In this document: positions 1 to 14,190 of the stretch, piece after piece
Layout of the letters: each line of letters opens with the position of its first letter
Position numbering within the stretch: the stretch's first letter is position 1
NCBI GenBank assembly: GCA_002269645.1
Contig: NIVC01000703.1
Span: 91,280 to 155,279, forward strand
Direction of reading: 5' to 3'
Length of the DNA stretch: 64,000 bases
DNA from: Macrostomum lignano
Taxonomy: Eukaryota
Notes under the pieces: generated by a model
Databases searched by the model: none
What the model was told of the DNA's origin: nothing
Seen by the model: the letters and a program-made list of their open reading frames with translations, nothing else
Position numbers and translations under genes: made by a program

Positions 1-230
1 CGGTGCAGAAGGCTGCAAAAGGCTTACTGGGGCCTTGACCCAGTATTATGAGCTTTTTTTCACAGTCTGGCTTTCTGACTTTCATTCGTGAATGAGCAAA
101 TCAAGGCCTGTAATTCACAGCCAGCCAGGGCGGCCTGACTATTCTCACCTAATTTGGGAAAGGGGATGCACTGTTAGGCGTCCTGAATTGCAGTTGAGGA
201 GGCAGAGGGAAATGAGTGAGCATGCTAGTG

Positions 231-1405
231 TGTTCATGAGTTCATGAGTGAGTTCATGAGTTCATGAGTGAGTTCATGAGTGAGTTCATGAGTTCATGAG
301 TGAGTTCATGAGTGAGTTCATGAGTGAGTTCATGAGTGAGTTCATGAGTTCATGAGTGAGTTCATGAGTGAGCATGCTAGTGTGTTCATGAGTTCATGAG
401 TGAGTTCATGAGTTCATGAGTGAGTTCATGAGTGAGTTCATGAGTTCATGAGTGAGTTCATGAGTGAGTTCATGAGTGAGTTCATGAGTGAGTTCATGAG
501 TTCATGAGTGAGTTCATGAGTGAGTTCATGAGTTCATGAGTGAGTTCATGAGTGAGTTCATGAGTGAGTTCATGAGTGAGTTCATGAGTTCATGAGTGAG
601 TTCATGAGTGAGTTCATGAGTGAGTTCATGAGTTCATTAGTTCATGAGTGAGTCCATGAGTTCATGGGTTCATGAGTGAGTGAGTGAGTGAGTGAGTGAG
701 TAAGTGAGTGAGTGAGTGAGTGAGTGAGTGAGTGAGTGAGTGAGTGAGTGAGTGAGTGAGTGAGTGAGTGAGTGAGTGAGTGAGTAAGTGAGTGAGTGAG
801 TGAGTGAGTGAGTGAGTGAGTGAGGGAGTGAGTGAGTGAGTGAGTGAGTGAGTGAGTGAGTGAGTGAGTGAGTGAGTGAGTGAGTGAGTAAGTGAGTTCA
901 TGAGTGAGTCCATGAGTTCATGGGTTCATGAGTGAGTGAGTGAGTGAGTGAGTGAGTGAGTGAGTGAGTGAGTGAGTGAGTGAGTGAGTGAGTGAGTGAG
1001 TGAGTGAGTGAGTTCATGAGTGAGTCCATGAGTTCATGGGTTCATGAGTGAGTGAGTGAGTGAGTGAGTGAGTGAGTGAGTGAGTGAGTGAGTGAGTGAG
1101 TGAGTGAGTGAGTGAGTGAGTGAGTGAGTGAGAGAGTGAGTGAGTGAGTGAGTAAGTGAGTGAGTGAGTGAGTGAGTGAGTGAGTGAGTGAGTGAGTGAG
1201 TGAGTGAGTGAGTGAGTGAGTGAGTGAGTGAGTGAGTGAGTGAGTGAGTGAGTGAGTGAGTGAGTGAGTGAGTGAGTGAGTGAGTGTGTGAGTGAGGGAG
1301 TGAGTGAGTGAGTGAGTGAGTGAGTGTGTGAGTGAGGGAGTGAGTGAGGGAGTCAGTGAGTGAGGGAGTGAGTGAGTGAGTGAGGGAGTGAGTGAGGGAG
1401 TGAGA
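231..1405. repeat. Composite simple repeat: GTTCATGA(GTGA) units (231-675), then (GAGT)n tracts
   Basis: Direct reading; the (GAGT)n tracts are punctuated three times by the same GTCCATGAGTTCATGGGTTCATGA spacer. Confidence 0.95.
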
Positions 1406-2015
1406 GGCGGGGGGTTGGTCACGCGGCCGCATGAAAGGAAGTGAGCATCGAACAGATTCTGCAAGCGATAATTTCCCGGCAGCAGCAGTCGCAGTCATGC
1501 GGACAGGAAATGCTGCAGCGGCCTCCCCTCCGCTGTAATCAGCGCAGCTGCAGGGCATCCGCTGCCGCCGCGAGCCTTTGGCGCTGAGAAATTTCGCACG
1601 GGCCAGAATTTCAGCCAGATCGGTGCAGCTGATAAGCTGGGCCCGAACTGACTGACTGCTCACTGATTTGGCATCGCTCTGCTGCCCCCAACAATTCTCC
1701 GTCACTTTCCTGTCGAATTTCTTGCCAGCCTCCGCCCAGCGACTGCATGGCAACTGTTTGAATGCCGGTATCGCAGCTGCAGAATCTGCTGACCGTTTCC
1801 GGTCGTTCGGGGCTCAGAAATTTGTGCTATAAATTAAATTTGACTAATATAGAAGCACAACAATGTCCCCCATCCCCAGAAGGCATTCTGCGCCGCCGCT
1901 CTCTCACGGGTGAAATTTGATAGGGTCAGCTTGGTTCTGCCCGGTCCATCTGCATTGCGGACATCAGTCAGGGCAGATCAGGCCACACATTTCATACTTA
2001 TAATGTCCCCCCACT

Positions 2016-2828
2016 GAATCCCACACACTGAATCCCACCCACTCAATCCCACCCACTCAATCTCACCCATTCAATCCCACCCACTCAATCCCACTCACTC
2101 AATCCCACTCACTCAATCCCACCCACTCAATCCCACCCACTCAAACCCACCCACTCAATCCCACCCACTCAATCCCACTTACTCAATCCCACCCACTCAA
2201 TCCCACTCACTCAATCCCACCCACTTAATCCCACCCACTCAATCCCACCCACTCAATCCCACCCACTCAATCCCACCCACTCAATCCCACCCACTCAATC
2301 CCACCCACTCAATCCCACCCACTCAATCCCACCCACTCAATCCCACTCACTCAATCCCACCCACTCAATCCCACCCACTCAAACCCACCCATTCAATCCC
2401 ACCCACTCAAACCCATCCATTCAATCCCACCCACTCAATCCCACCCATTCAATCCCACTCACTCAATCCCACCCACTCAATCCCACTCACTCAATCCCAC
2501 CCACTCAATCCCACCCACTCAAACCCACCCATTCAATCCCACCCACTCAAACCCACCCATTCAATCCCACCCACTCAATCCCACCCATTCAATCCCACTC
2601 ACTCAATACCACCCACTCAATCCCACTCACTCAATCCCATCCACTCAATCCCACCCACTCAATCCCACCCACTCAATCCCACTCACTCAATCCCACCCAC
2701 TCAATCCCACCCACTCAATCCCACTCACTCAATCCCACCCACTCAATCCCACCCACTCAATCCCACCCACTCAATCCCACCCACTCAATCCCACCCACTC
2801 AATCCCACCCACTCAATCCCACCCATTC
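2016..2828. repeat. 14-bp minisatellite (AATCCCACCCACTC)n upstream of the forkhead exon, probably intronic
   Basis: About 58 units, ending ~30 bp before the CAG acceptor at 2860-2862. Confidence 0.95.
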
Positions 2829-2862
2829 AATCCAAATCCCAATCCACTTCCCCATCCGGCAG

Positions 2863-5800
2863 GCGGGCGCAGGGCCGAGAAGCCGCCGTACTCGTACATC
2901 GCGCTAATCGTGATGGCCATCCAGGCGTCGCCGCAGAAGCGGTGCACCCTGGCTGAGATCTACCAGTACCTGCAGGAGAATTTCGACTTCTTCCGCGGCC
3001 AGTACCAGGGCTGGAAGAACTCGGTGCGGCACAATCTGTCGCTAAACGAATGCTTCATCAAGATGCCGAAAGGTGAGTCTTAGTTGCTCATGTCAGTGTG
3101 CTCAACAAGTACTGGTCGCTAAGTTCAAATGCAGGCAGTTCACAGGCATTTTTAGCCTGGAACGAGCATGGATTATTGAATTTAAAAACAGGACAAAATG
3201 CCTAAAATTCCATTCCGATGATCAGATTCAGGATTTTTTGGCGCTTTGAATTTTCGCGCCAACTTTTGAAACGGTTGAGCAAGGGTCGAAGTTTTTAACT
3301 TAAGGGCCAAGTAAAAATTCTGACGCATGGCTGCAGCGCAGAGGAGAGAGGAGTAAAGAGGGAATAGAGGAGAGAGAGGAGTTGAGAGGGAATAGAGGAG
3401 AGACAGGAGTAAAGAGGGAATAGAGGAGAGAGAGGAGTAAAGAGGGAATAGAGGAGAGAGAGGAGTAAAGAGGGAATAGAGGAGAGAGAGGAGTAAAGAG
3501 GGAATAGAGGAGAGAGAGGAGTAAAGAGGGAATAGAGGAGAGAGAGGAGTAAAGAGGGAATAGAGGAGAGAGAGGAGTAAAGAGGGAATAGAGGAGAGAG
3601 AGGAGTTGAGAGGGAATAGAGGAGAGAGAGGAGTAAAGAGGGAATAGAGGAGAGAGAGGAGTAAAGAGGGAATAGAGGAGAGAGAGGAGTAAAGAGGGAA
3701 TAGAGGAGAGAGAGGAGTTGAGAGGGAATAGAGGAGAGAGAGGAGTTGAGAGGGAATAGAGGAGAGAGAGGAATTAAGAGGGAATAGAGAGAGAGAGGTG
3801 AGAGAAGAGAAGAGAGGAGAGAGAGGTGAGAGGGAATAGAAGAGAGAGAGAGGTGAGAGAAGAGAAGAGAGGAGAGAGAGGTGAGAGGGAATAGAAGAGA
3901 GAGAGAGAGGTGAGAGAAGAGAAGAGAGGAGAGAGAGGTGAGAGGGAATAGAAGAGAGAGAGAGAGGTGAGAGAAGAGAGGAGAGGAGAGAGAGGTGAGA
4001 GGGAATAGAAGAGAGGAGAGAGAGGTGAGAGGGAATAGAAGAGAGAGAGAGGTGAGAGAAGAGAAGAGAGGAGAGAGAGGTGAGAGGGAATAGAAGAGAG
4101 AGAGAGGTGAGAGAAGAGAGGAGAGGAGAGAGAGGTGAGAGGGAATAGAAGAGAGAGAGAGAGGTGAGAGAAGAGAAGAGAGAGAGAGGTGAGAGAAGAG
4201 AAGAGAGAGAGAGGTGAGATAAGAGAAGAGAGGAGAGAGAGGTGAGAGGGAATAGAAGAGAGAGAGAGGTGAGAGAAGAGAAGAGAGGAGAGAGCAGTTA
4301 AGAGGGAATAGAGGGGAGAGAGGAGTTGAGAGGGAATAGAGGAAAGAGAAGAGAGGGGAGACGAGAGAAGATCGGAGAGAGGGGAGAAGAGATGAGAGAG
4401 GAGATCTGAGAAGAGACACAAACCATGACCGGGCCGGATTGCTATTGTGAAGTTTCAAAGGGCCAGATAGACAGAGGCTTCGTGGGCTGGAGCAGGGAAT
4501 GCTCTACATATGTAGAATATTCCCTGGCTGGAGCTTGCTATATTAAGGAGACCCGGATATGAAAAGTCCCTGCAAAAATACATAAATAAGTTATGAAAAA
4601 ACAATACTATTAGCCATTCTAAAAGCCTTGATCGAGTCTGCAAACCGCCTGTGTCAAGTTTTACTGCATCTCAGCAATGAGTTTTTCAGTCCTAAAGCGA
4701 CAAATCGAATAGAAAAAAGCAGACTGACAAACAACAAAAGCAACAAAAGAAAGCAAGCAACAGAGCCAGTTTGGTGATTGGGATCTTGGCGGACATCCGG
4801 GTCGGTTCTCCCAACTTCCTGACCCCCGATGCGTGTCCCCCCCTGGCCCGTCATTTCCCCTTAGCAACACATGTGCAATCCCGGCTCGGTCTCAGCATCC
4901 CCCAACTCTGGTAACAGTCAAGGAGAACCAACCAGACCTCTGGAGTGACGGCTTCTGATCAAAGCATCATTTTCAGACCACCGTAGTCTGACTGCAGAGC
5001 CTGGAGTGACGGCTCCTGCCCTGACCCCCATTTTCAGACCACCGTAGGCTGACTGCAGAGCCTGGAGTGACGGCTCCTGCCCTGACCCCCATTTTCAGAC
5101 CACTGTAGGCTGACTGCAGACCTCTGGAGTGACGGCTCCTGCCCTGACCCCCATTTTCAGACCACTGTAGGCTGACACCAGAGCCTGGAGACTGGAGGAG
5201 TAGTTGCGGCTCCAGCCAAAGCTAGCCCTCATTCCAGACTCCCAAGTTGCCACTCCAGGCTTTGGTTGTGGGACTCCTTGGCTCAGCGGAGGCCGGGGCT
5301 CCCCAAGGCAAAATAAACGCCGCTCGCCGGGGCGCCGCCGCAGCTGGCCGGCCCTCGGCCGCCCCTCAGCTCGGCACAGCAACTCGAGAAGTCGAGTGGG
5401 TCCGCGCAACCCCCCCCCCATCCCCATTAGCGAAGTGGCGGCAGCGCAGATACCATCGAACTTCGAACCCAATTGTTGCAGATTTGCGTTGCGCGGGAGA
5501 TTAGGGAGGGAGGGGGGCTGCGGCAGTCAGGTGTGGGGCGGGAGGCGGCCCATCCGCGACTTGGATTCGACATTCGGGACAGTGTCCGAGTGCATGATGC
5601 CGCGGGGACAGGCGCGCCATCAACCCGTGACAGCCCCGGGGATGGGTTGGAGCGATATTACTGCGTTTTTAAAAACACCCTTATAGTGGAGGGACATCTA
5701 GCCTTTAGGCGATTTTTTAGCACTTTGATCCTTGACAGCCTTTTGGTTGTAAATTTCAAATCGTTTAGCAGTGTTGCCTCAACTCCCATGTCCCAATCCC

Positions 5801-6538
5801 CTCAACTTTCACATCCCCATCCCCTCAAATCCGAAATCCCCATCCACACAACTCCCAAATCCCCATCCCTCAACTCCAAAATCCCCATCCACTCAACTCC
5901 CAAATCCCCATCCTCTCAACTCCCAGCTCCTTATCCCTCAACTCTCACAAATTCATCCCCTCAAATCCCACATCCCCATCACCTCAACTCCCAAATCCCC
6001 ATCCCTTCAACTCCCACATCCCCATCCCTCAACACCCAAATTCCCATCCCCCTAACTCCCAAATCCCCATCCTCCAAAAATCCCAAAGCCAGCTCAGCAC
6101 CAGCCACCCCGCCGCCCCAGCAGGAGTCGGTCGCCCCGGCAAAGGTCACTACTGGACCATCGACCAGCAGGCGGAGTTCATCCTGGAGGATGGCAGCTAC
6201 CGGCGGCGACCGCGCGGCTTCCGGCGCAAATCTGGTCACGTGACCGGGATGGAGGCGGCGGCAGAGAAGGCTCCGTTCGGCCTCGCTGGCTGCTTCTCTG
6301 TGCAGGCGGACTCGCCAGGCTTGGGCCCGGCCGCCTGCCAGCTGCAGCTGCCGCAGAGCCAGCATCCGCAACTCTGCATCACTCCGTCTAAGGCCGAGGC
6401 TGACGCAGAGCTGGAAGCGGAGGCACAGCAGCAGCAACAGCAGCAGCAGCAGCAGCAGCTGTACCCGCAGCATCACCAGATGCAGCATCAGTTCCACCAG
6501 CTGCACCAGTTTGCGTGCCACTCGCCTGTTGGCTTGGA

Positions 6539-6570
<32 letters not shown>

Positions 6571-6956
6571 TGCACCTGTTTGATTACAGCCACTGGTATC
6601 AGCAGCAGCAGGCGTTCCCGCAGCCGGATCAGAGCTGCGGTTACCCAGTGCAGCAGCAGCAGCAGCAGCAGCAAATGGCGACCAACTTCGCCGCATATGG
6701 AGGCTACCCGGGTGTTTCCGCCGCTGCCGCCGCCGCCTACCACTGGGGCGCCCCCGGCTACCCGGTGGTATCAACGGATCAACAGCAGCAGCAGCAGCAG
6801 CAACAGCAACAACAACCGGACCTTCTGGCTGCCGCGGCTGCAGCCGCTGCCGCTGCAGCTGCCGCCGCAGCCAATGGCGACTCCGAGCTGCCAGCCTCTC
6901 CGTACTACCAGCACCAGCACCAGCACCAGCTGTGCCAGCCGGCCAACTGCCTCTGA
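2863..6956 (+). CDS. foxF: Forkhead-box transcription factor, FoxF class; exons 2863-3072 and 6124-6956; 5' coding exon not identified
   Basis: The first exon reads [68 protein letters not shown], with a phase-1 donor GTGAGT at 3073. The acceptor CAG at 6121-6123 continues [36 protein letters not shown], which matches the FoxF signature. A Q/A-rich tail runs to TGA 6956, with AATAAA at 6986. Confidence 0.92.
3337..4410. repeat. Purine-rich minisatellite (~28-bp GAGGAGAGAGAGGAGTAAAGAGGGAATA, degenerating) in the FoxF intron
   Basis: 28-bp period at 3423/3451; it produces the spurious Leu/Ser ORFs on the minus strand. Confidence 0.93.
4940..5192. repeat. 61-bp tandem repeat x~4 in the FoxF intron
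   Basis: CTGGAG unit starts at 4940, 5001, 5062, 5124 and 5185. Confidence 0.9.
5785..6105. repeat. Degenerate C-rich ~21-bp repeat (AATCCCCATCCCTCAACTCCC) before the FoxF 3' splice site
   Basis: Direct reading. Confidence 0.8.
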
Positions 6957-7671
6957 CTTGGCTGCACTTTTATTTGAGTATCCCCAATAAAAATTAATCC
7001 TTTCCATTGATGTGCGAGAGTATCGATTTTTTTTCACTGACGAATCGCTGTCGTATTCCAAGAAAGCCACGGACTCTGAGCGGCTGGTTTGTTTGCAATT
7101 TTCTGCTTTTGAGTCTCTTTTTCTGTCATTAAATGCTTATTATTTCTCCACTACTGTCTCAGCATGCAGTGCTCCCTTGTAAATAGATTCAAGGTTTTTT
7201 CTGTTACCTATTTCTCAATAAGCGTTTTTTCGAATTGTTATAATTATATTTTCGAACTAACCTGACACTCAAGAGCTCGGCGGTTACCTTGCCAAATGCG
7301 CGGACTTTACTATAATAAAAATATATATCAAATACATAGCGATACCAGCTCGAGCTTTGCATTGTCGAATCTTTGTCTGTAGCCTGCAGTACATGCGGTT
7401 CGATACCAATATTTTATTGGTAAACTGCAACCTAAACTCAGTACGCAGAGAACACATTGATCATGTGACTGTAAACAATGACTGCCATAAAAGTTACTCC
7501 ATACATGTATATGACGCAATAAAATAGTATATAAAATGTTAATCACACAGAGAAATATGAAGGCTGAGCTCTAGTTGTAACTATAAGTCTAATCTGAGGC
7601 TTGAAGGATGTCAATCAAAGTCAAGCAACTCTGCAGTCCTGAGCAAAAAACTGAAGCGACTGACGGGCGCC

Positions 7672-10600
7672 TCATCGCACCTGAGGGAACACGTAGGCGC
7701 ACATGAGGCGGAAGGCGCGCCGGTGCTTGCGGCAGAAATTGGCAAATTCGTGGAAGTAGATCAGCTTGCTTTTGTCCTGCGCGGGAAATTGCAGAATTTA
7801 ACGAATGTGTCTTGATATTTTCTCGTTTTACTGTTGCTCCCATGAGACCTTGAAGCTTTCGGACCGCTTCTTCCACTTCTTCCGCTTCCCATAGTCTGTT
7901 TCCGCTTCCCATAGTCTGTTTCCGCTTCCCATTGTCTGTTTCCGCTTCCCATTGTCTGTTTCCGCTTCCCATTGTCTGTTTCCGCTTCCCATTTGCCTGT
8001 TTCCGCTTCCCATTTGCCTGTTTCCGCTTCCCATTTGCCTGTTTCCGCTTCCCATTTGCCTGTTTCCGCTTCCCATTGTCTGTTTCTACTTCCCGTTGTC
8101 TATTTACATTTCCCAATGACCGCTCACCTCGTCAGCCCTGGCAAAGAAGTTCTGCATAGTGGTCTCGTCGTCTACAAAGTTAGCGAGGAACCGGCAGAAC
8201 TCGTCTTCTGAGATCGTGCCGCTCTGGTCCTCGTCCATCACCGAGAACAGAACTGGAAAAAATTTGGCAGTTTGTGGACTCATCATCCTTTGCTTGCTAC
8301 TGACAGTAGCTAGTTGAAGATTTTTTTGCAAGCAAAGATATTTTCGTTTAATGAGCAATTGTGCATACTCGGTGATCTTAATTAATAATTTCACTTGTCC
8401 AGCACGACAGTGCGACAGTAATAGAAAATATAATATTTTGCTCAGGACATTACTGACTGGCCCACCACCTCAATTCCAAAGACACGCACTTCCTCAACCT
8501 CGGCCACAAGCAGCAACTTTCTCTCTTGAGACATCTACCTACTTCACTCCCTGCTGCACCCACCTCACTCCCTGTCGCACCCACCCCACTCCCTGCCGCA
8601 CCCACCCCACTCCCTGCCGCACCCACCTCACTCCTTGTCGCACCCACCCACTCCATTCCGCACCCACCCCACTCCCTGCCGCACCCACCATACTCCCTGC
8701 TGCACCCACCACACTCCCTGTCGCACCCACCCCACTCCCTGCCGCACCCACCCCACTCCCTGCCGCACCCACCCCACTCCCTGCCGCACCCACCCCACTC
8801 CCTGCCGCACCCACCCCACTCCCTGCCGCACCCACCATACTCCCTGCTGCACCCACCACACTCCCTGTCGCACCCACCCCACTCCCTGCCGCACCCACCC
8901 CACTCCCTGCCGCACCCACCCCACTCCCTGCCGCACCCACCCCACTCCCTGCCGCACCCACCCCACTCCCTGCCGCACCCACCCCACTCCCTGCCGCACC
9001 CACCCCACTCCCTGCCGCACCCACCCCACTCCCTGCCGCACCCACCCCACTCCCTGCCGCACCCACCCCACTCCCTGCCGCACCCACCCCACTCCCTACC
9101 GCACCCACCCCGCTTACCACGCAACCTCTCGGGGTCCGGCCCGCTGCCTGCCGACTGGCTGAGCTGGCAGAGACGCACATAGCCGGCTAGCGTGAGCCGC
9201 TCCGAGTCGGCGAGGGCCCGGAAGACGGCCAGTTGATCCGACACGTCATGCTCAAATCGCGATCCCGAGTAGAGAGCACGGAAATCCTGCGTTACAACAT
9301 TATGCATGCTATTGATGCTGTAAGCTTCCACCGTAACTCCACTCTCCACATCTCAATCTTACTGTAAGATTTAAGCACAGTACTAGAATATTTTAGCAAC
9401 TAAATGAGCTGTGGACATAGCTACTTCTATAGTGTTTTTACTTTAGCAACTTTCTTTTCCCTCTCTCTCCGCCTGCCTCTCTCTCTCCAACGGCCTCTCC
9501 GCCTGCCTCTCTCTCTCTCCAACGGCCTCTCCGCATGCCCTCTCTCTCTCCAACGGCCTCTCCGCCTGCCTCTCTCTCCGCCTGCCTCTCTCTCCGCCTG
9601 CCTCTCTCTCCGCCGGCCTCGCTCTCCGCCGGCCTCTCTCTCCGCCTGCCTCTCTCTCCGCCTGCCTCTCTCTCCGCCTGCCTCTCTCTCCGCCTGCCTC
9701 TCTCTCCGCCTGCCTCTCTCCGCCTGCCTCTCTCTCCGCCGGCCTCTCTCTCCGCCTGCCTCTCTCTCCGCCTGCCACTCTCTCCGCCTGCCTCTCTCTC
9801 CGCCGGCCTCGCTCTCCGCCTGCCTCTCTCTCCGCCTGCCTCTCTCTCCGCCGGCCTCTCTCTCCGCCTGCCTCTCTCTCCGCCTGCCTCTCTCTCCGCC
9901 TGCCTTTCTCTCCGCCGGCCTCTCTCTCCGCCGGCCTCTCTCTCCGCCTGCCTCTCTCTCCGCCTGCCTCTCTCTCCGCCTGCCTCTCTCCGCCTGCCTC
10001 TCTCTCCGCCGGCCTCTCTCTCCGCCTGCCTCTCTCTCCGCCTGCCTCTCTCTCCGCCTGCCACTCTCTCCGCCGGCCTCGCTCTCCGCCGGCCTCTCTC
10101 TCCGCCTGCCTCTCTCTCCGCCTGCCTCTCTCTCCGCCTGCCTCTCTCCGCCTGCCTCTCTCTCCGCCGGCCTCTCTCTCCGCCTGCCTCTCTCTCCGCC
10201 TGCCTCTCTCTCCGCCTGCCACTCTCTCCGCCGGCCTCGCTCTCCGCCGGCCTCTCTCTCCGCCTGCCTCTCTCTCCGCCGGCCTCGCTCTCCGCCTGCC
10301 TCTCTCTCCGCCTGCCTTTCTCTCCGCCGGCCTCTCTCTCCGCCGGCCTCTCTCTCCGCCTGCCTCTCTCTCCGCCTGCCTCTCTCCGCCTGCCTCTCTC
10401 TCCGCCTGCCTCTCTCTCCCATTCATTCCCTCCCCCGTTTCTCACTCACGCCCTCTCACCTCAAAATCAAGATAGTTTTTCTTCCCCGCTCGAGCCCTGA
10501 AATCTCGGTAGACTTCGTCCAGCTGCTCGTCCGTCACTGCGGGAGGTTCAACGCGTGGGTGGACAACGAGTTCAGCATACGAGTTAGATAGGCCTAGAAT

Positions 10601-10693
10601 TGCAGCCATGACAGAATCGTGACACTTACGGCTGTAGACCTCCATGAGGAAGCGGCTCTCCTTGCTGCTCAGCTTGCTTGACGACTTCCCCAT
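7672..10693 (-). CDS. N-myristoylated EF-hand Ca2+-binding protein (~210 aa; neuronal calcium sensor/calcineurin-B-like architecture); exons 10693-10460, 9286-9118, 8252-8128, 7776-7672
   Basis: Starts MGKSSSK (MGxxxSK myristoylation consensus). All three introns are GT-AG with matching phases 0/1/0. EF loops DEDQSGTISEDE and D-E|DKSKLIYFHE, the second split by intron 3. Ends FPQVR*. Confidence 0.82.
7876..8095. repeat. 20-bp minisatellite (TTCCGCTTCCCATTGTCTGT) in EF-hand gene intron 3
   Basis: 20-bp period read directly. Confidence 0.93.
8530..9112. repeat. 21-bp minisatellite (CACTCCCTGCCGCACCCACCC) in EF-hand gene intron 2
   Basis: 7-aa periodicity in all overlapping ORFs; abuts the donor at 9117. 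Confidence 0.95.
9462..10420. repeat. ~16-bp minisatellite (CCGCCTGCCTCTCTCT) in EF-hand gene intron 1
   Basis: Direct reading. Confidence 0.95.
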
Positions 10694-11167
10694 TCTGTTT
10701 CTAGAAAACTGCTTGTTTCTGCTGCTGCAAAATCTGCCTCACTTGATTGCCTCAAACTCACACTAGGGAGCTTTTTCTAAGCGGACAGTCTCTTGTATTT
10801 ATACGCTGACCCTTGGAGATGCGGTCAGACCTGTCATAAACACCGTGCTTCAAACTCATTAGCAAAAAATAAGGACAGAGACAGAGAGAGAAGAAAAACA
10901 CAAGAGCAGATTAGACAGCTAGTAAACAATGACCATCGTAAACACTGCGGCCTGTTGGCGCAAAAATAAAAAAACTGGGTTAAAAAACAGCTCAGGGTGG
11001 GGCCTGACAGCTCAGAGTCTGTTTACCACACTGGGCCAGGTGCGATTCACAGAGCTGGGACTGCCAGATTGAGCAGCTTCTCAATTGCTCAGCTGCGGAG
11101 GCGGCCGGCCTTGGCTGCAAACAGCAGCAAATGAACTGACCTGAGAGGAGCTGGGAGGGGGCAGCGA

Positions 11168-12146
<979 letters not shown>

Positions 12147-12536
12147 GCGGTATAGTAGTAGTAGTAGAGCCTCTCTCTCCGCCTGCCTCTCTCTCCGCCT
12201 GCCTCTCTCTCCGCCTGCCTCTCTCCGCCTGCCTCTCTCTCCGCCGGCCTCTCTCTCCGCCTGCCTCTCTCTCCGCCTGCCTCTCTCTCCGCCTGCCACT
12301 CTCTCCGCCGGCCTCGCTCTCCGCCGGCCTCTCTCTCCGCCTGCCTCTCTCTCCGCCGGCCTCGCTCTCCGCCTGCCTCTCTCTCCGCCTGCCTTTCTCT
12401 CCGCCGGCCTCTCTCTCCGCCGGCCTCTCTCTCCGCCTGCCTCTCTCTCCGCCTGCCTCTCTCCGCCTGCCTCTCTCTCCGCCTGCCTCTCTCTCCCATT
12501 CATTCCCTCCCCCGTTTCTCACTCACGCCCTCTCAC

Positions 12537-12770
12537 CTCAAAATCAAGATAGTTTTTCTTCCCCGCTCGAGCCCTGAAATCTCGGTAGACTTCGTCCAGC
12601 TGCTCGTCCGTCACTGCGGGAGGTTCAACGCGTGGGTGGACAACGAGTTCAGCATACGAGTTAGATAGGCCTAGAATTGCAGCCATGACAGAATCGTGAC
12701 ACTTACGGCTGTAGACCTCCATGAGGAAGCGGCTCTCCTTGCTGCTCAGCTTGCTTGACGACTTCCCCAT
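12537..12770 (-). CDS. Duplicated exon 1 of the EF-hand gene (alternative first exon or assembly artefact)
   Basis: Identical to 10460-10693, including the ATG and the GTGAGA donor. Confidence 0.55.
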
Positions 12771-13247
12771 TCTGTTTCTAGAAAACTGCTTGTTTCTGCT
12801 GCTGCAAAATCTGCCTCACTTGATTGCCTCAAACTCACACTAGGGAGCTTTTTCTAAGCGGACAGTCTCTTGTATTTATACGCTGACCCTTGGAGATGCG
12901 GTCAGACCTGTCATAAACACCGTGCTTCAAACTCATTAGCAAAAAATAAGGACAGAGACAGAGAGAGAAGAAAAACACAAGAGCAGATTAGACAGCTAGT
13001 AAACAATGACCATCGTAAACACTGCGGCCTGTTGGCGCAAAAATAAAAAAACTGGGTTAAAAAACAGCTCAGGGTGGGGCCTGACAGCTCAGAGTCTGTT
13101 TACCACACTGGGCCAGGTGCGATTCACAGAGCTGGGACTGCCAGATTGAGCAGCTTCTCAATTGCTCAGCTGCGGAGGCGGCCGGCCTTGGCTGCAAACA
13201 GCAGCAAATGAACTGACCTGAGAGGAGCTGGGAGGGGGGCAGCGACA

Positions 13248-14190
<943 letters not shown>

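Noticed and set aside
1863-1910. ATG at 1863 as the FoxF start exon
   Set aside because: The nearest donor (GTGAAA at ~1909) gives phase 2, but the forkhead exon needs phase 1.
3295-10591. Long Leu/Ser, Pro/Ala and Arg/Glu low-complexity ORFs (3295-4458, 8351-9349, 9404-10591)
   Set aside because: Periodicity matches the intronic minisatellites, and the ORFs are open in several frames on both strands.
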